Positions 1-14,549 of a stretch of 64,000 nucleotides of DNA are shown here, one piece after another. The position numbers and the translations under genes were made by a program. The notes below the pieces were generated by a model. That model saw only the letters and a list, made by a program, of their open reading frames with translations. It searched no databases and had not been told where the DNA came from. This DNA comes from Octopus vulgaris (lineage: Eukaryota). The first letter of the stretch is position 1. The number at the start of each line of letters is the position of its first letter. The stretch is from assembly GCA_951406725.2 (NCBI GenBank), contig OX597834.1, forward strand, positions 32,116,001 to 32,180,000, read 5' to 3'.

Positions 1-718
1 TCCGCCCTAAATAAAAACCGATTGACTTGAAAAAAAGGAGAACGCATTGGATAATATAGTCCTAGATATGCTATGTTCGAAAAACAAGTGGAAATGTCAT
101 GGTTGGAGTACCTTTAATCATAGGTCTATGATTCCTAAACAATATCGGTGGCCTCTGTGAAGTCAATCGATATGCTAGAAATAGCAGCCAAGATCTCTCT
201 CAACTCACATATCACCGTAATGTCTTTTTTTAAAAATAAAAGTGACACACATTGAACAAATTAGAGCTAAAAGGTAATATAGTCCGCGGTAGACTATGCC
301 TCAAAATTGTAAGAGATCGTTATGGTTGAACACCAGAACTGCTGTGACTATAATAATTCTATTTTAAACTGATCGGGATTGATCAGTTTAAAATAGGAAA
401 GTAAACAACATCTGCACAGAATACAGGACGAACGATATAAACATTGTAAGAGCATTGCCTTAGACCATGTGTGTGTGTGTGTGTGTAAACAAACGTGTGT
501 GGTTTGCCACAGATAGTGTATATTTGTTAGAGTGATACTAAAAGCAAAACATTGCCTAATTGTTCGTGTGTGTGTGTAAACATAAAGAGAGAGCGTGTAC
601 ATAATCATGAAAGGACATTATTATAGCAGCAGACACAAAGATCAAATCCCTCAAAGTTGTCCCACCCGAATGTCAGAAAATGTCCCTGACAACGAGGAAG
701 CTCAAAGAGAAAGTAACC

Positions 719-1710
<992 letters not shown>

Positions 1711-1777
1711 ATAAAACGGTAAGATAACAAAAGAAAGAAAAGAGACCTCAATATTATGTAAATGGAGGAAATTTATC

Positions 1778-1951
1778 TATACAATATGTTACATTACTCG
1801 GTAGTCAAGATAAAACTCTGAGTTTCAGATGCCGAAGTGGAAATCCACAACACCATCTCTTCGAGATAACCGAAGAGATGGTGTTGTGGATTTCCACTTC
1901 GGCATCTGAAACTCAGAGTTTTATCTTGACTACCGAGTAATGTAACATATT

Positions 1952-1956
<5 letters not shown>
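1778..1956. repeat. Perfect inverted repeat (86-bp arms, 7-nt spacer), probable Penelope-like element remnant
   Basis: 1778-1863 is the reverse complement of 1871-1956. A non-inverted homolog lies at about 11413-11500. Flanked by (TA)n. Confidence 0.85.
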
Positions 1957-1982
<26 letters not shown>

Positions 1983-3079
1983 AAAGCCGTTCGATTTTGA
2001 CAAATTAAACTTAAATGTTGAAGTGAATCGAACGGCTTTTGTGTGTTTCTTAAATTGTTTTCGTTTCAGCACACGATCTCAGATCAAATCACTTGCTATG
2101 CAAGTACATCTCCGTAATATATATATATATATATATAAATTTAGCAGGAGCAACACAGCGATTCAAGGGCCGACCGAGGGCTTCGTGTGTTGGTACTTAT
2201 TATACTTTGGCAGATGCCAACGTGTGAAATTCTAGGGTCTTGAGTTCCTCTGTTGCTTCTGCTTAATATCAATAATATATATTCATATTTTGAATTCCAT
2301 TTTTCTTATTTGCCTCACCAAACCTACACATATATATATACACACACACACACATATATGTATAACATATACACACACACATACATATAATATATATATA
2401 AATATGTGTGCGTGTGTGTGTGTGTGTGTGTCATACTGCATTAGTGTGTGTATGTGTGTGTGAGCGCGCGCTAAGAGAAAAGGCAGTAAGAGGTGTCTTA
2501 CCTCACGGAGTGACCTGTGTGTTATGTGTCTGTCGACCGTAAAGAAGTGCTGACGGAAAGATAAACCGTTACAAATTGATGGCATGCGAGGTCTTAAACA
2601 GTAAGGTATGATAAAAATTAAGTTGTGCGCAGAGAGTGTATATATTTATATATATATATAAATTACGTGAGTGCATTGATTAACGCGGACGTAACGTATG
2701 TGGGAGGGACAAATATAAGTGGGCGGTGTATAAATATAAGAATTATTTATTTATAAATATGTAAGACTGAAATCGTAGTTTATGTGAGTGCGCGCGCGCG
2801 AGTATGTGTGTGTATGATTACGTACATGTGTACTTGAGTGTGTACATGTGCGCGTGTATATATATATATATATATATATATAAGCATGTGTGTACATGTG
2901 TGAGCATGTGTAGGCACGCAGGTCTTGTGCATGTATGTGCGCACCGTGTATATTATATGTGAACACACACACATCTATCTGTCTGTCTATCTATAAGTCT
3001 ATGTATGTATTACTAGTTAAGTGTGTGTGTGTGTGTGTGTATCATCATACCTTCTACGAATAGTAATATTCGTATTTGG

Positions 3080-3389
3080 CAGTGATCCTCAATCGTGATC
3101 CACACAACAAAATAATGAATTGGGCACCCACAATATTTTAACCCTAACCCTAACCCTGAAAAAATCTGTCTTTATATGTACGTATTTCACGAAACAGCTG
3201 GGTTTCTTTCTCTAACATTTTACATAGTTCAACCTACACAAGTTAATGTGTGAAAAACAAAATAGTAATTTTGAATAAAATATCTATAAAACTAGTTTTC
3301 AAACATCGAATGGGCTACGAGGGTCCACAAGAATAAAATACTAATCAAAGGGGTCTACAGATAACAAAAATGATTGAGAAACAACCCTG
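3080..3389. mobile_element. Degenerate hAT-like MITE containing (TAACCC)3
   Basis: The ends CAGTGATCCTCAATC ... GATTGAGAAACAACCCTG form imperfect hAT-type terminal inverted repeats. Confidence 0.45.
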
Positions 3390-3879
3390 GTATATAGGTT
3401 TCTAACGAATTGGGCGGGAGAAATATTATGAGGTATTTTTAATTCATGCACTGTTCCATCATGGATATTTCTCTTTCCTTTGGCATCTCTCAGTGATATT
3501 TTATTTAATCAACCCCGGTAAGATAAAAAGATAAAGTTTGAGTAAGGCAGAATTTCAACTCGGAACATACAGGATATAATCATTCCCCGTGGGACACTTG
3601 GTTTGGCGCTGTAAATATTCAATATAAGACATCTCCCTACTTCCACCTCCGTATAATATACACTTCGCTAATAAGTTATTGGCTCAATCTGAGGTTAAGG
3701 AAATAGAAGTCACTTACCCAAGATGTCACGTATTGGTAGTGAACTTAAAACCACGTGGCAGAGAAGCGGACTTAATGACACAAGCATGAAGTTTGATATG
3801 CTTCAGCGAATAAAAGTTTGTTCGTGGACTCACATAATATCTTTGGCATACCTACACATATGTGCCCCACCCACTCCAA

Positions 3880-4520
3880 CTTTGTTTCCTCATAGCTTCC
3901 AGAAAAATTAATATTTTTTAATGAAATTTTCTACAAATACACTTCAGATGGTGTACATTCTCGTTCTATCGGAATTTGATGTAAAAAAAATTTTATGAGG
4001 AGTTTCGAAAAATTCACACGATTCGGCTTTGTTTCCTCATAGCTTTCAGAAAATTAGCTATTTTTTAATGAAATTTTCTACAAATACTTTTCAGAGTGTG
4101 TAAATTACTGTTATATCTTAATTTGATGTGAAAAGAAAAATAGTGAGCACGCACACACATATACTGACACACATCACAATTTTTTTTCGAAATTTCAAGT
4201 TTAATTTTGTAGATATATGTAACATGTTTTAATATGTATGCGTACGTGTCCACCAAATTTATTTTTTCATTAAATTCCGATATAATTGTAATCTACACAG
4301 TCTGAAAAGTATTTATAGAAAATTTCATAAAAATTACCCATTTTTCCTAAAAGTTATGAGTAAGGAAAGCTGTTTCGTATGAATTTTCCAAAACTCCTCA
4401 CCTCACCCTTGGAAAACTTTTTCCACAATAGATTCCTATATTATCGGAATTTGCATCTAAAGCGTGTTTGCAGAAATCTTCATTAAAAAATATCAATTTT
4501 TCTGGATATTATGGGGAAGC
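3880..4520. repeat. Internally repeated AT-rich element (two direct and two inverted copies of a ~110-bp motif)
   Basis: TTTGTTTCCTCATAGCTT.CAGAAAA...AATGAAATTTTCTACAAATAC occurs at about 3880 and 4028, with degenerate reverse-complement copies at about 4260-4370 and 4420-4520. Confidence 0.55.
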
Positions 4521-4751
4521 GAAGTCGGTTGGGGGGATACATGCCTCTTTTTGTATCTTTTACTTGTTTCAGTCATTGAACTGCGGCCATGCTGGAGCAC
4601 CGCCTTGAAGGGTTTGAGTCAAACAAATCAACTGCAGTATATTTTCTTGGTTGTTTTTAAAAGCTGGTGCTTATTCTAAAATTCCCTTTTGCTGAAAGCT
4701 AAATTACAAGGACTTAAGCAAACCACCACCGGTTGTCAAGCAGTAGAGTGG

Positions 4752-5086
4752 GGTGAAAAGGGTAAAGACCCCACCTTCGGCCATGAATGACCATGGGATT
4801 GCACCTATAAAGTTCCCCTCAGAGGTACAAGGCCAGGCAAGGTTGTTTACGGAAGCCCAGCAGTCACCCATGCATACCAGCCTCTTTTCACCGATGTTGT
4901 CCAAGGGAAAGGCAAAGGGGCCGATACAGCTTGGTACCCGTGACGTCGCAACTCATTTCTACAGCTGAGTGGACTGGCGCAACGTGAAATAAAGTGTCTT
5001 GCTCAAGAACACAACACACAGCCCGCTCTAGGAATCGAACTCACTACCTCATGATTGTGAGCCTGACACTCTAACCACTGAGCCAT
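4752..5086 (-). mobile_element. tRNA-derived SINE
   Basis: The minus strand starts TGGCTCAGTGGTTAGAG (A box) and has GAGTTCGATTCC (B box). The body TTGAGCAAGACACTTTATTTCACGTTGC recurs at about 36650, 56160 and 57780. Confidence 0.75.
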
Positions 5087-5282
5087 ACCAACACACACAC
5101 ACATGAATACCTGTATGATTAGGTCTTTTGAATTCACTCACAGTCCACTATTCAAGACTACTCAATCCTTACTGACGTTACCTTCTGCCTCCCTTTCCCT
5201 ATTTCTCCACCCAACCCCGTACACTCTTGCAACCCCCACCCATTCACACTCCTAGTTTCTCTATCCCCACTCACCTCATACC

Positions 5283-5510
5283 TATTTCTTTATTACCCAC
5301 AAGGGGCTAAACACAGAGGGGACAAACAAGGACAGACAAACGGATTAAGTCGATTATATCGACCCGAGTGCGTAACTGGTACTTATTTAATCGACCCCGA
5401 AAGGATGAAAGGCAAAGTCGACCTCGGCGGAATTTGAACTCACAACGTAACGACAGACGAAATACGGTTACGCATTTCGCCCGGCGTGTTAACGTTTCTG
5501 CCAGCTCACC
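5283..5510 (-). mobile_element. SINE family M (Meta-domain-like central GCCTTTCATCCTTTCGGGGTCGAT..AAGTACCAG), near full length
   Basis: Nearly identical to the copies at 29231, 41475, 43189, 62638 and 63385. Flanking duplication CTCACCTCATACC. Confidence 0.85.
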
Positions 5511-6541
5511 TCATACCTTGTGGTACTCCTGACACCTCGTCACCATTATTTATATCTTCACAGGTACTAACTCATTTCTCACGCTCTCTCCTACACATGA
5601 GCAGTCATTAAGCTCACCTACGACAAAAACCTGTTCTTATCCATCGCCCTTCTCTTATACCTTAACCCACATCTGCTTGCATTAAAACCTCTCCATGGGG
5701 ATCTCACATGTGACAGAAGCTCAAGAAAAACACCCGGTAGACATTGTAAAGTGGTTGACATTTAGGAAGCTCATCCAGCCATAGAAACCATCCTCAAAGC
5801 CAATACTGAAGCATGATGCAGTCCTTGGGCTCCTCAGATCCTGTGTCAAACCATCCAATACATGCCAGCATGGAACATGTGTGGTAAATGACGATGGTTA
5901 TATGTATGTGTGTGTATATATAGGGAGAGTTTATGAAAAAAAAAAAAAAAAAAGACGAAGATAGGTGGTGTACAAAACAAACAGATGTATTAGTATAACG
6001 CTCAGGAATAGAAAAAAGTCTTTTACGTTTCGAGCAGTTGAATTACCCGAGCTAGCAGAATCGTTAGCACGCCGGGCGAAATACTTAGCGGTATTTCGTC
6101 TGCCGCTACGTTCTGAGTTCAAATTCCGCCGAGGTCGACTTTGTCTTTCATCCTTTCAGGGTCGATTAAATAAGTACCAGTTACTGGGGTCGATGTAATC
6201 GACTTAATCCCTTTGTCTGTCCTTGTTTGTCCTCTCTGTGTTTAGCCCCTTGGAGTTATTTCCAGTTCCCCCATTAGACTATTTCATGTCCAAACCCGTT
6301 CCTTGTTTAGTTTCTGTTTTAGTTCCGCTCCCATTCCTATCCCCAATCCTATGTCAATATATAAATTTTAGAAAATCAGGTGTAATTAAACCAATAAATA
6401 TTTTTTGGTAACAGTTTATTGCTAGAAATAGGTCTTACAAACTATTAATACGATTAGTGGATGAATATGAAATGTCCTTATATTTTTTTTTTAACAAACG
6501 AATACGCATCTGAGTAAAATAAATGAGTTGACTGGTAATAC

Positions 6542-6542
<1 letters not shown>

Positions 6543-6572
<30 letters not shown>

Positions 6573-6913
6573 TGTATGTATGTATGTATGTATGTATGTA
6601 TGTATGTATGTATGTATGTATGTATGCATGTATGTATGTACGTACGTATGTATGTATGTACGTATGCATGTATGTATGTACGTACGTATGTATGTATGTA
6701 CGTATGCATGTATGTATGTATGTATGTATGTATGTATGTATGTACGTATGTATGTGTGTATGTATGTGTGTATGTATGTATGCATGTATGTATGTACGTA
6801 CGTATGTATGTATGTACGTATGCATGTATGTATGCTTGTATGTATGTATGTATGCATGTATGTATGTATGCATGTATGTATGTATGCATGTATTTATGTA
6901 TGTATGTATGTAT
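6543..6913. repeat. (TATG)n compound microsatellite
   Basis: Directly visible. It explains the MYVC and HTYI ORFs. Confidence 0.95.
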
Positions 6914-6977
6914 ACACACTCACACACACACGTACATATCTTTCAATATCTAATCATTACGTTGATTATATATACAT

Positions 6978-7034
<57 letters not shown>

Positions 7035-8684
7035 CTTAGATATTGTAATAAGATATGTATATGCAGGCAAAAAAAAAAACATTGATAAGACAAAAGACCA
7101 TCATCAGAGCTAAGACACAAACGAAGTCCAGATAACAATGAAATGCTTCCTAGTTTGTTCACTACAGTCCACAGATAGAAAGACCCTTCTTGTTTTTATT
7201 TCGTAGGGACAGATATAGGATTTTTCTTTTTTCCAAATGCCTCTTTTGCTTCTTTCTACCCTCAACGCTTCACTTCCACCTTCTAATTTTATACAGAACA
7301 CTAAAATAGCAACGAATCATTATTTAAATGAAGGCACATCCTTCCTTTCTAAACTCGCATTTAACATCATTTTATATTTGGATGTTTTCGCCTTCCTTGT
7401 TGAAAGAAAAACGGAATTTCATTTTATATATTTAATATTTTTCTCAGATCTTATAGAAAATGTATATTTTACATGGATTTGTTTACATACATACCGATGT
7501 CAGTATGCGTGTGTGTATGTACATTTATATGTATACCTATATATCGTCAAGACATAGAGTGTATATATATATATATATACGTACGTCCATATACACAAGC
7601 AGAAACATGTAATATACTTATAGGTATATAACATTCATATATATATATATATATATACAATATATATATATATATGGAGAAGTTTCGCATGTCGTAAATC
7701 AAATTTATCAATTACCAGATAATACTCAATCACATACTTTATTAAACCACCACATAAGAGACTGTAGGGTTAAATATAAAAAGCAGGACAAATCAGTGTA
7801 CATAAAGGAATGTACATAAAAAAGTGTACATAAAAGAGTAATGTTGTATAATAATTAGAATATATATATAAAAGAATATAAAAACAAGTAAATATAAATA
7901 TAGGTATATGTATGTATGCATGTATGTGTGTGTGTGTGTGTATGTATCTATGTATGTGTGTGTGTGTAAGTATGTGTGTGTGTATGTATGTATGTATGTG
8001 TGTGTGTGTATGTATCTATGTATGTGTGTGTGTGTATGTATGTATGTATGAATATAAATACAAGTAAATATAAATATAGGAATATATATGTATATATATA
8101 TAAAGAGAGAGAGAGAGAGTGAGACAGAGATGATTCATATATATGATGGTTTAGCCACATATAATAATTAGTAGTACAGCAGCAACGGTCAAGAGTGGTG
8201 AGTGAAATCGGGGTATAATATATAAGAATTATGATGTAGAGCTTCCGTAGGATTTTTATATACCAAGTTCTGCATCTGAGGTTAAGCCAAGGTAGAAGAG
8301 GAAGGAAGGACAAGAACGAAGGAGTGTGATAAGATAAAAAAAAAAAAGAAACAGAAGGAATGAGATGAGAAATTGAGAGATAAGAGCGATAAAAACCTAC
8401 GAGTTTGATGGACAGAGTGAAAAATAACTTACCAGCTGGAGACGTGGAGAAGTTGACAATACTTGAACACACAGTCTTCAAATAACTGAGTGCGCGCACG
8501 TGCATTGTCCCGATGTTGTAGTTTTGGGTGGGAAAAAAATTATTAAAGCTGGGTGGGTTGGAGTTGCCTACGAAAGTGTGTATGTGTTTATTTATGTGTT
8601 GTGTATGTGTGTTTATTCATGTGTGTACGTGTTTATATATGTTTGTATCTATGCATTTATATATATATGTGTGTGTGTGTAGGT

Positions 8685-8727
<43 letters not shown>

Positions 8728-9228
8728 GTATGTGTGTCTGTAGATGGCTTATGCAAGAGCGATGTAGGAAGTGAAGAGAGAAAGACAGACAGATAGAGAC
8801 AAAACGAAGGAGTGTGATAAGATAAAAAAAAAAAAGAAACAGAAGGTAATGAGATGATGGAAATTGTAGAGATAAGAGCTGTAAAAACCTACGAGTGTTG
8901 ATGGATGAGTGAAACACACCACAAATGCAGATACACGCAAACTTGGGAAGACGCCGGCAGATTGGCAGGATACACACCGCGCCCTTTTCTAAAAAATCTT
9001 TTGGCGAATATTCAAAAATATTTAAAAAAACAGAAAAATAATAGACATAGTAGGGGTAGGTATTTGTGTGTGTGCATGCATGTATGCATGCACCTATGTA
9101 TGTATGTATGTATGTATACTTAACACTACGTACACAAACGTACATACGAAATATTATATTTGAAAGCTTGGAAATTTTATTTCTGCAAGTAAGTAGTTAA
9201 GACAGACAGGCTACAGTTGTTGGCATTT

Positions 9229-9530
9229 ATCATCATCATCATAATCGTTTAACGTCCGCTTTCCATGCTAGCATGGGTTGAACGGTTCAACTGGGGTCTG
9301 GGGAGCCAGAAGGCTGCACCAGGCCCAGTCTGATCTGGCAGTGTTTCTACAGCTGGATGCCCTTCCTAACACCAACCACTCCGAGAGTGTAGTGGGTGCT
9401 TTTTATGTGCCACCGACACAGGTGCCAGACGAGGCTGGCAACGGCCACGATTGGATGGTGCTTTTTACGTGCCACTGGCATGGAGGCCAGTCAGGGCGGC
9501 GCTGGCAACGACCATGTTCGGATGGTTCTC
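9229..9530 (-). mobile_element. RTE-type LINE 3' UTR fragment with (GAT)n tail
   Basis: Homologous to the 3' end of the RTE element at 18551-19443. Many more copies, for example about 18270-18504, 31686-31880 and 45798-45973. Confidence 0.75.
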
Positions 9531-10000
9531 TTATATATATATACATACATACATACATACATATGCATATATGTGTGTGTGTGTGTGTGTTAACTGCTGC
9601 TAGGTCATCCTTTAAAAAAACTCTACTGTGACTCTTCTTAGGACATATCCTTCCTAAGATATGAAAGAAGAGCAATGCTCTATTAGGCAACAAGAAATGA
9701 AAATGAAGCATAAAAGAAAAAAAAAAAGCAATTCTTAAACAATTCCTGAGTGTTTTCCAACCAGTGTTCATGCTATATAAAAAGCACTGGTGATGGTGCT
9801 ATGTAAAAAGCACTGGAACCACATAATAAGTGCTGGTGATGGTGTCACATAAAAAGTACTTTGTAAAGTGATGGACATTAGGAAGGGCATCCAATTGTAG
9901 AAACCATACCAAAACACAATGCAACCAGTTGCAGCTCCTGGTCCATTCAACTCTTGTCAAACCATCCAACCCATGCCAGCATGGAACATAGGCTTTAAAT

Positions 10001-10219
10001 CAGTGCTTTTCAACCTTTTTGCTGGAGCGGAACCCCAAGAAAATATTTCGCTGGCTTGAGGAACCCCTGTGCAATAATTTAATTGTCTTATGCACACACA
10101 TCTGCACAGGAGAATTAAAAATCACTGTCGATTTTAGCATTTTTGGAACTTCTTGCGGAACCCCTGGATTGTACTGGCGGAACCCTAAGGTTCAGTGGAA
10201 CCCTGGTTGAAAACCACTG
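10001..10219. mobile_element. hAT-superfamily MITE, 219 bp
   Basis: TIRs CAGTGCTTTTCAACC / GGTTGAAAACCACTG. Perfect 8-bp TSD CTTTAAAT at 9993-10000 and 10220-10227. Confidence 0.9.
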
Positions 10220-11304
10220 CTTTAAATGATGATGATGGGGCAGCAACAAGTAGTTGCCCATATCTGCAAGTTTCCCTATCTTCACACCACCAATGTTTAT
10301 CCAAGCGAAAAGCAACTAACTTGGGCTGATGCGACTTAGACATGTTGACACCAGGGTCACTGTAGGGATTGCTATCAGAACACAACTAAATGGAACAGAT
10401 ACTGCAATGGTATCTTGCCTGACCTTCTAACACTTCTACCAATCCCCTGCCCTGGATTGGTACTTTTGTTATTGACCCCTGAAAGGATGAAAGACTTTGG
10501 GATTTGAACTCGGAGCACAGGCAGTCAGAACAAATACCACAAGGCATTCAGTCCGACACTACTGACTCTGTCCATTCACCATCTTAGGCTTAGTTTCTGC
10601 CTAGTTTAACCTTTTTAGCATTCAGGTTACTCTGTCAAATGTAATTCTTATTTATTCACATTGTTTTGAAATAATCCGTAGTCATGGTAGATACAGGTGT
10701 CGTGCCAGTGGCACATAAAAGCACCCATTACACTCTTGGACTGGTTGGCATTAGGTAGGACATCCAGCTGGAGGAGAAGAGGAGGAGGAGGGATGGGAAG
10801 TGTGCATGGTGGTGATGGTGGTGGCGGTGGTGGTGGTGGTGGTGATGGTGGTGGTGATAGTGGTGGAGTTTTGTATGTTTCCTTGACTTCCACAACTTGC
10901 AATAAAAACAAACAATGTCTGTGATGCTGTATTTGAATGTCAGCAGCAGTAGACAGGTATGTTATTATCAGTTTAGCTATCAGACAGGTGAGAATCTAAT
11001 CTAGACAAGGAGATATTTATTTACATCAGGAGATATTTACCAAATGGCAAGAGTTTTTTTTTTTTTCTAATTGAGTTAAAGAGTAAGGAAAGGAGATGGC
11101 TTGTTATGTTTGCTAGATATACTAATGTCACATCAAAGATGTTGTTATTGTTGTTGTTGTTTTAGCTCCTCTCTCCCTTTCAGGTCAATCCTCACCTCCA
11201 GCAGATCGATGATCACTGATGACAAATATATCTTTTATTCTGAAGATTGAGGTGGTGTGAAGCTTGAGTTGTGATACAAACCCTTAGCTTCAGTTTCACT
11301 TAAG

Positions 11305-11367
<63 letters not shown>

Positions 11368-11593
11368 TATATATACACATATATATATATATAAATATAT
11401 ATATATATATCTATACAATAATATGTTACATTACTCGATAGTCTGAGTTTCAGATGCCGAAGTGGAAATCCACAACACCATCTCTTCGGTTATCTGGCTA
11501 TTTGAAAACGCTATACAAAATAAGAAAATGGAGAAATATATCTAAATCATTCATCAACTATCAGATAATACCGAATCACATACTTTATTAAAA

Positions 11594-11626
<33 letters not shown>

Positions 11627-11637
<11 letters not shown>

Positions 11638-11768
11638 ATTCGAGACAAAACCACTATTTTAAAACCAAACAAGGAAAGACTTAATCAATACATAAAATTT
11701 TATGTATTGATTAAGTCTTTCCTTGTTTGGTTTTAAAATAGTGGTTTTGTCTCGAATTATATTATATA
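11627..11768. repeat. Perfect palindrome, 71-bp arms, no spacer
   Basis: Centre of symmetry between 11697 and 11698 (CATAAAA|TTTTATG). Embedded in (TA)n. Confidence 0.9.
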
Positions 11769-11892
11769 ATATTTTACTATAAAATTGGATTTAACCCTAA
11801 ATCTGATTTTTCCCTGTAATTTTGGATTCATTCCCTAATATTTATTATATATATATATATATATATATATACATACATATATATACATATAC

Positions 11893-11948
<56 letters not shown>

Positions 11949-11982
11949 CACGCATTTGTTCTCTCCTTGTTTTTTTCTGTGT

Positions 11983-12022
11983 GTCTTTCTGTCGAAGGGC
12001 GTAGGCTCGAAACGTAAAAGAC
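11983..12022 (+). ncRNA. Minimal type-I hammerhead-like motif with variant core, within repeat 11949-12121
   Basis: GTCTTT-CTGTCGA-A-GGGC(GTAG)GCTC-GAAAC-GTA-AAAGAC gives stem I GTCTTT/AAAGAC, stem II, GAAA and a GUA triplet. The core differs from CUGANGA at A6. Confidence 0.55.
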
Positions 12023-12117
12023 TTGTTCTATTTCTATTCCTGAGCGCCATACTAATACATTTGTTTGTTTGTACTCCACCTGCCTTCGTCTTTTGTTTAT
12101 TTTCGTAAACCTTCCCG

Positions 12118-12176
<59 letters not shown>

Positions 12177-13518
12177 CATACACACACTAATATATATGTA
12201 TGTGCCTATATATATATATCAGTTGAAGTTAAAACATGGCCTGGTTTTCACATTTTTTATTATGGCATAAAATAAAAAAAACATTAAAAAACATTAAAAA
12301 AACATATTTTGTAATGCTCATAAAGTTAAATTAGCTCTCTCATACTTAGAGTAATCATCAGATTTCAAATGTGTTTAACTGACATTTGAGTTCTTGACAG
12401 CTTTAGTACCTCTGAGAGTGCTTCAACCAGCTGAAATTTTAGAATATGGTTTTAACCAATCTCCATGCAGCTTAAACATTATAGTTTGCCAGGCATACCG
12501 ATATTCTGTAATTTATTTATATTTATATGCTAGAGATATTTTTTAATCAACATCATTAAATGGTTGTTATATTAGTGCAGTGATAATATCTCTGACCCTG
12601 TGATAATAAAAAGACTCAAAGGAGGTCTGCAACCAAATGACTTTACTCAAAATAACACTTTGCAACTGAATCAGTGGAGGCAAAGATGCCTCTCCTTTAC
12701 TTGACAATTTATGCACCACATTGCAGAAATTACAATCTAAGTATATCTCAAAGCAAAGTCTAACACTGTTGTACCATTGAATTACAAATAATGCTCATCT
12801 TTTATACTTAGGTGACCCTACATTGGTTTAGGAAAAATTACTAAATTGTGGGTGTTAAGCCCCCATTAAGGGGTCTTTCTAACTTCTAAGAAGTTGAAAT
12901 TTTAGAAATATTACTTCATTTGTGTCTAATATCTATGGCTAAAATTTCATCAACAGCAAAAATATATGAATTTTCAGGGGGGTTATGGCCTCATTTATGC
13001 CCCCCCCCCACTTTCAAATATATACTGCATTACATCTGTCCTTATGCATAGAATATAATTTCCAAATTTCATAAAGATCCATGCAGTACTTTTGAGCTAG
13101 TTTTGGATCATAAAAAATTACAAAAATTTGGGAGTTAAGGCTCCCATTATGGGTTCTTAGAATCCTCATGAGAAGCAGAAAGTTTGGGGATACTTCTTGA
13201 TGTGTGTCAATTGCCTATGGTTGAAATTTCATCAACATAGAAAATTTATGAATTTTCATGGCGGGGGGGGGGGGGAGGTCTGCCCCCTTTAAGCCACCTC
13301 AAATTCAAACCAAACATACTGCATTATACCCACCCATATGCATTGAGTCTAAGTTCCAAATATCATAAGGATCCATTCAGTAATATTGGTCCATGAAGTT
13401 GTATGAAACATACGACATTACCCTTCTCCCTAGGCTTGAATTTTGCGTTCCAAATTTCATTAGGAAGATATAAAGATATTAGATATAATAGATATGAATA
13501 TGCACATATACATACATG

Positions 13519-13917
<399 letters not shown>

Positions 13918-13920
13918 AAG

Positions 13921-13961
<41 letters not shown>

Positions 13962-14411
13962 TACACACAGAAAGATAGATTGAAATCGAGTAAGAGATAA
14001 GAGATTGCTCTGGGCTCGCATTAGGCAAGAAGTTGAAAATTTTTTGGGCCCATGACACTACATGGACCCTAAGTAAGGCATGTGTAAAACTGGAATGAAA
14101 TCGGCTGTGTAGTTCTCGTGTTTTAGGGATTCACACAGACAGACACACATTCTCATCTTTATACATATATAGATAATATAATTACTACTATAGGTAAACT
14201 TTAGCATGTTAACTATGTTACTTCACCACACCCTAAAGCCCCCTTGGATTGGGGGGAGGCTTGGAGTCAGTCCCGCCCATGTTGAGAAGCTCTGAGACAG
14301 AAGGACCTGACTTCCTTAGAATGTCAAGAACTAATGGGCCAAAATACTTGTTTGAAAAGAATTCTTCCTCTCAGAGTTTCTACTGCTGTCTGCTTGCTCC
14401 ACGTGAGCATC

Positions 14412-14504
14412 ATGTGTGTGTGTGTGTGTGTATGTTTGTGTGTGTGTTTGTGTGTGTGTGTATGTGCGTGCATGTGTGTGTATGTGTGTGTATGTAGGTG
14501 TGTG

Positions 14505-14549
<45 letters not shown>

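Noticed and set aside
3139-3156. (TAACCC)3 as an interstitial telomere
   Set aside because: Only three units, and they lie inside a MITE-like element.
10697-10924. Gly-rich or Pro-rich ORFs
   Set aside because: They are a (GGT)n microsatellite joined to an RTE-tail fragment.
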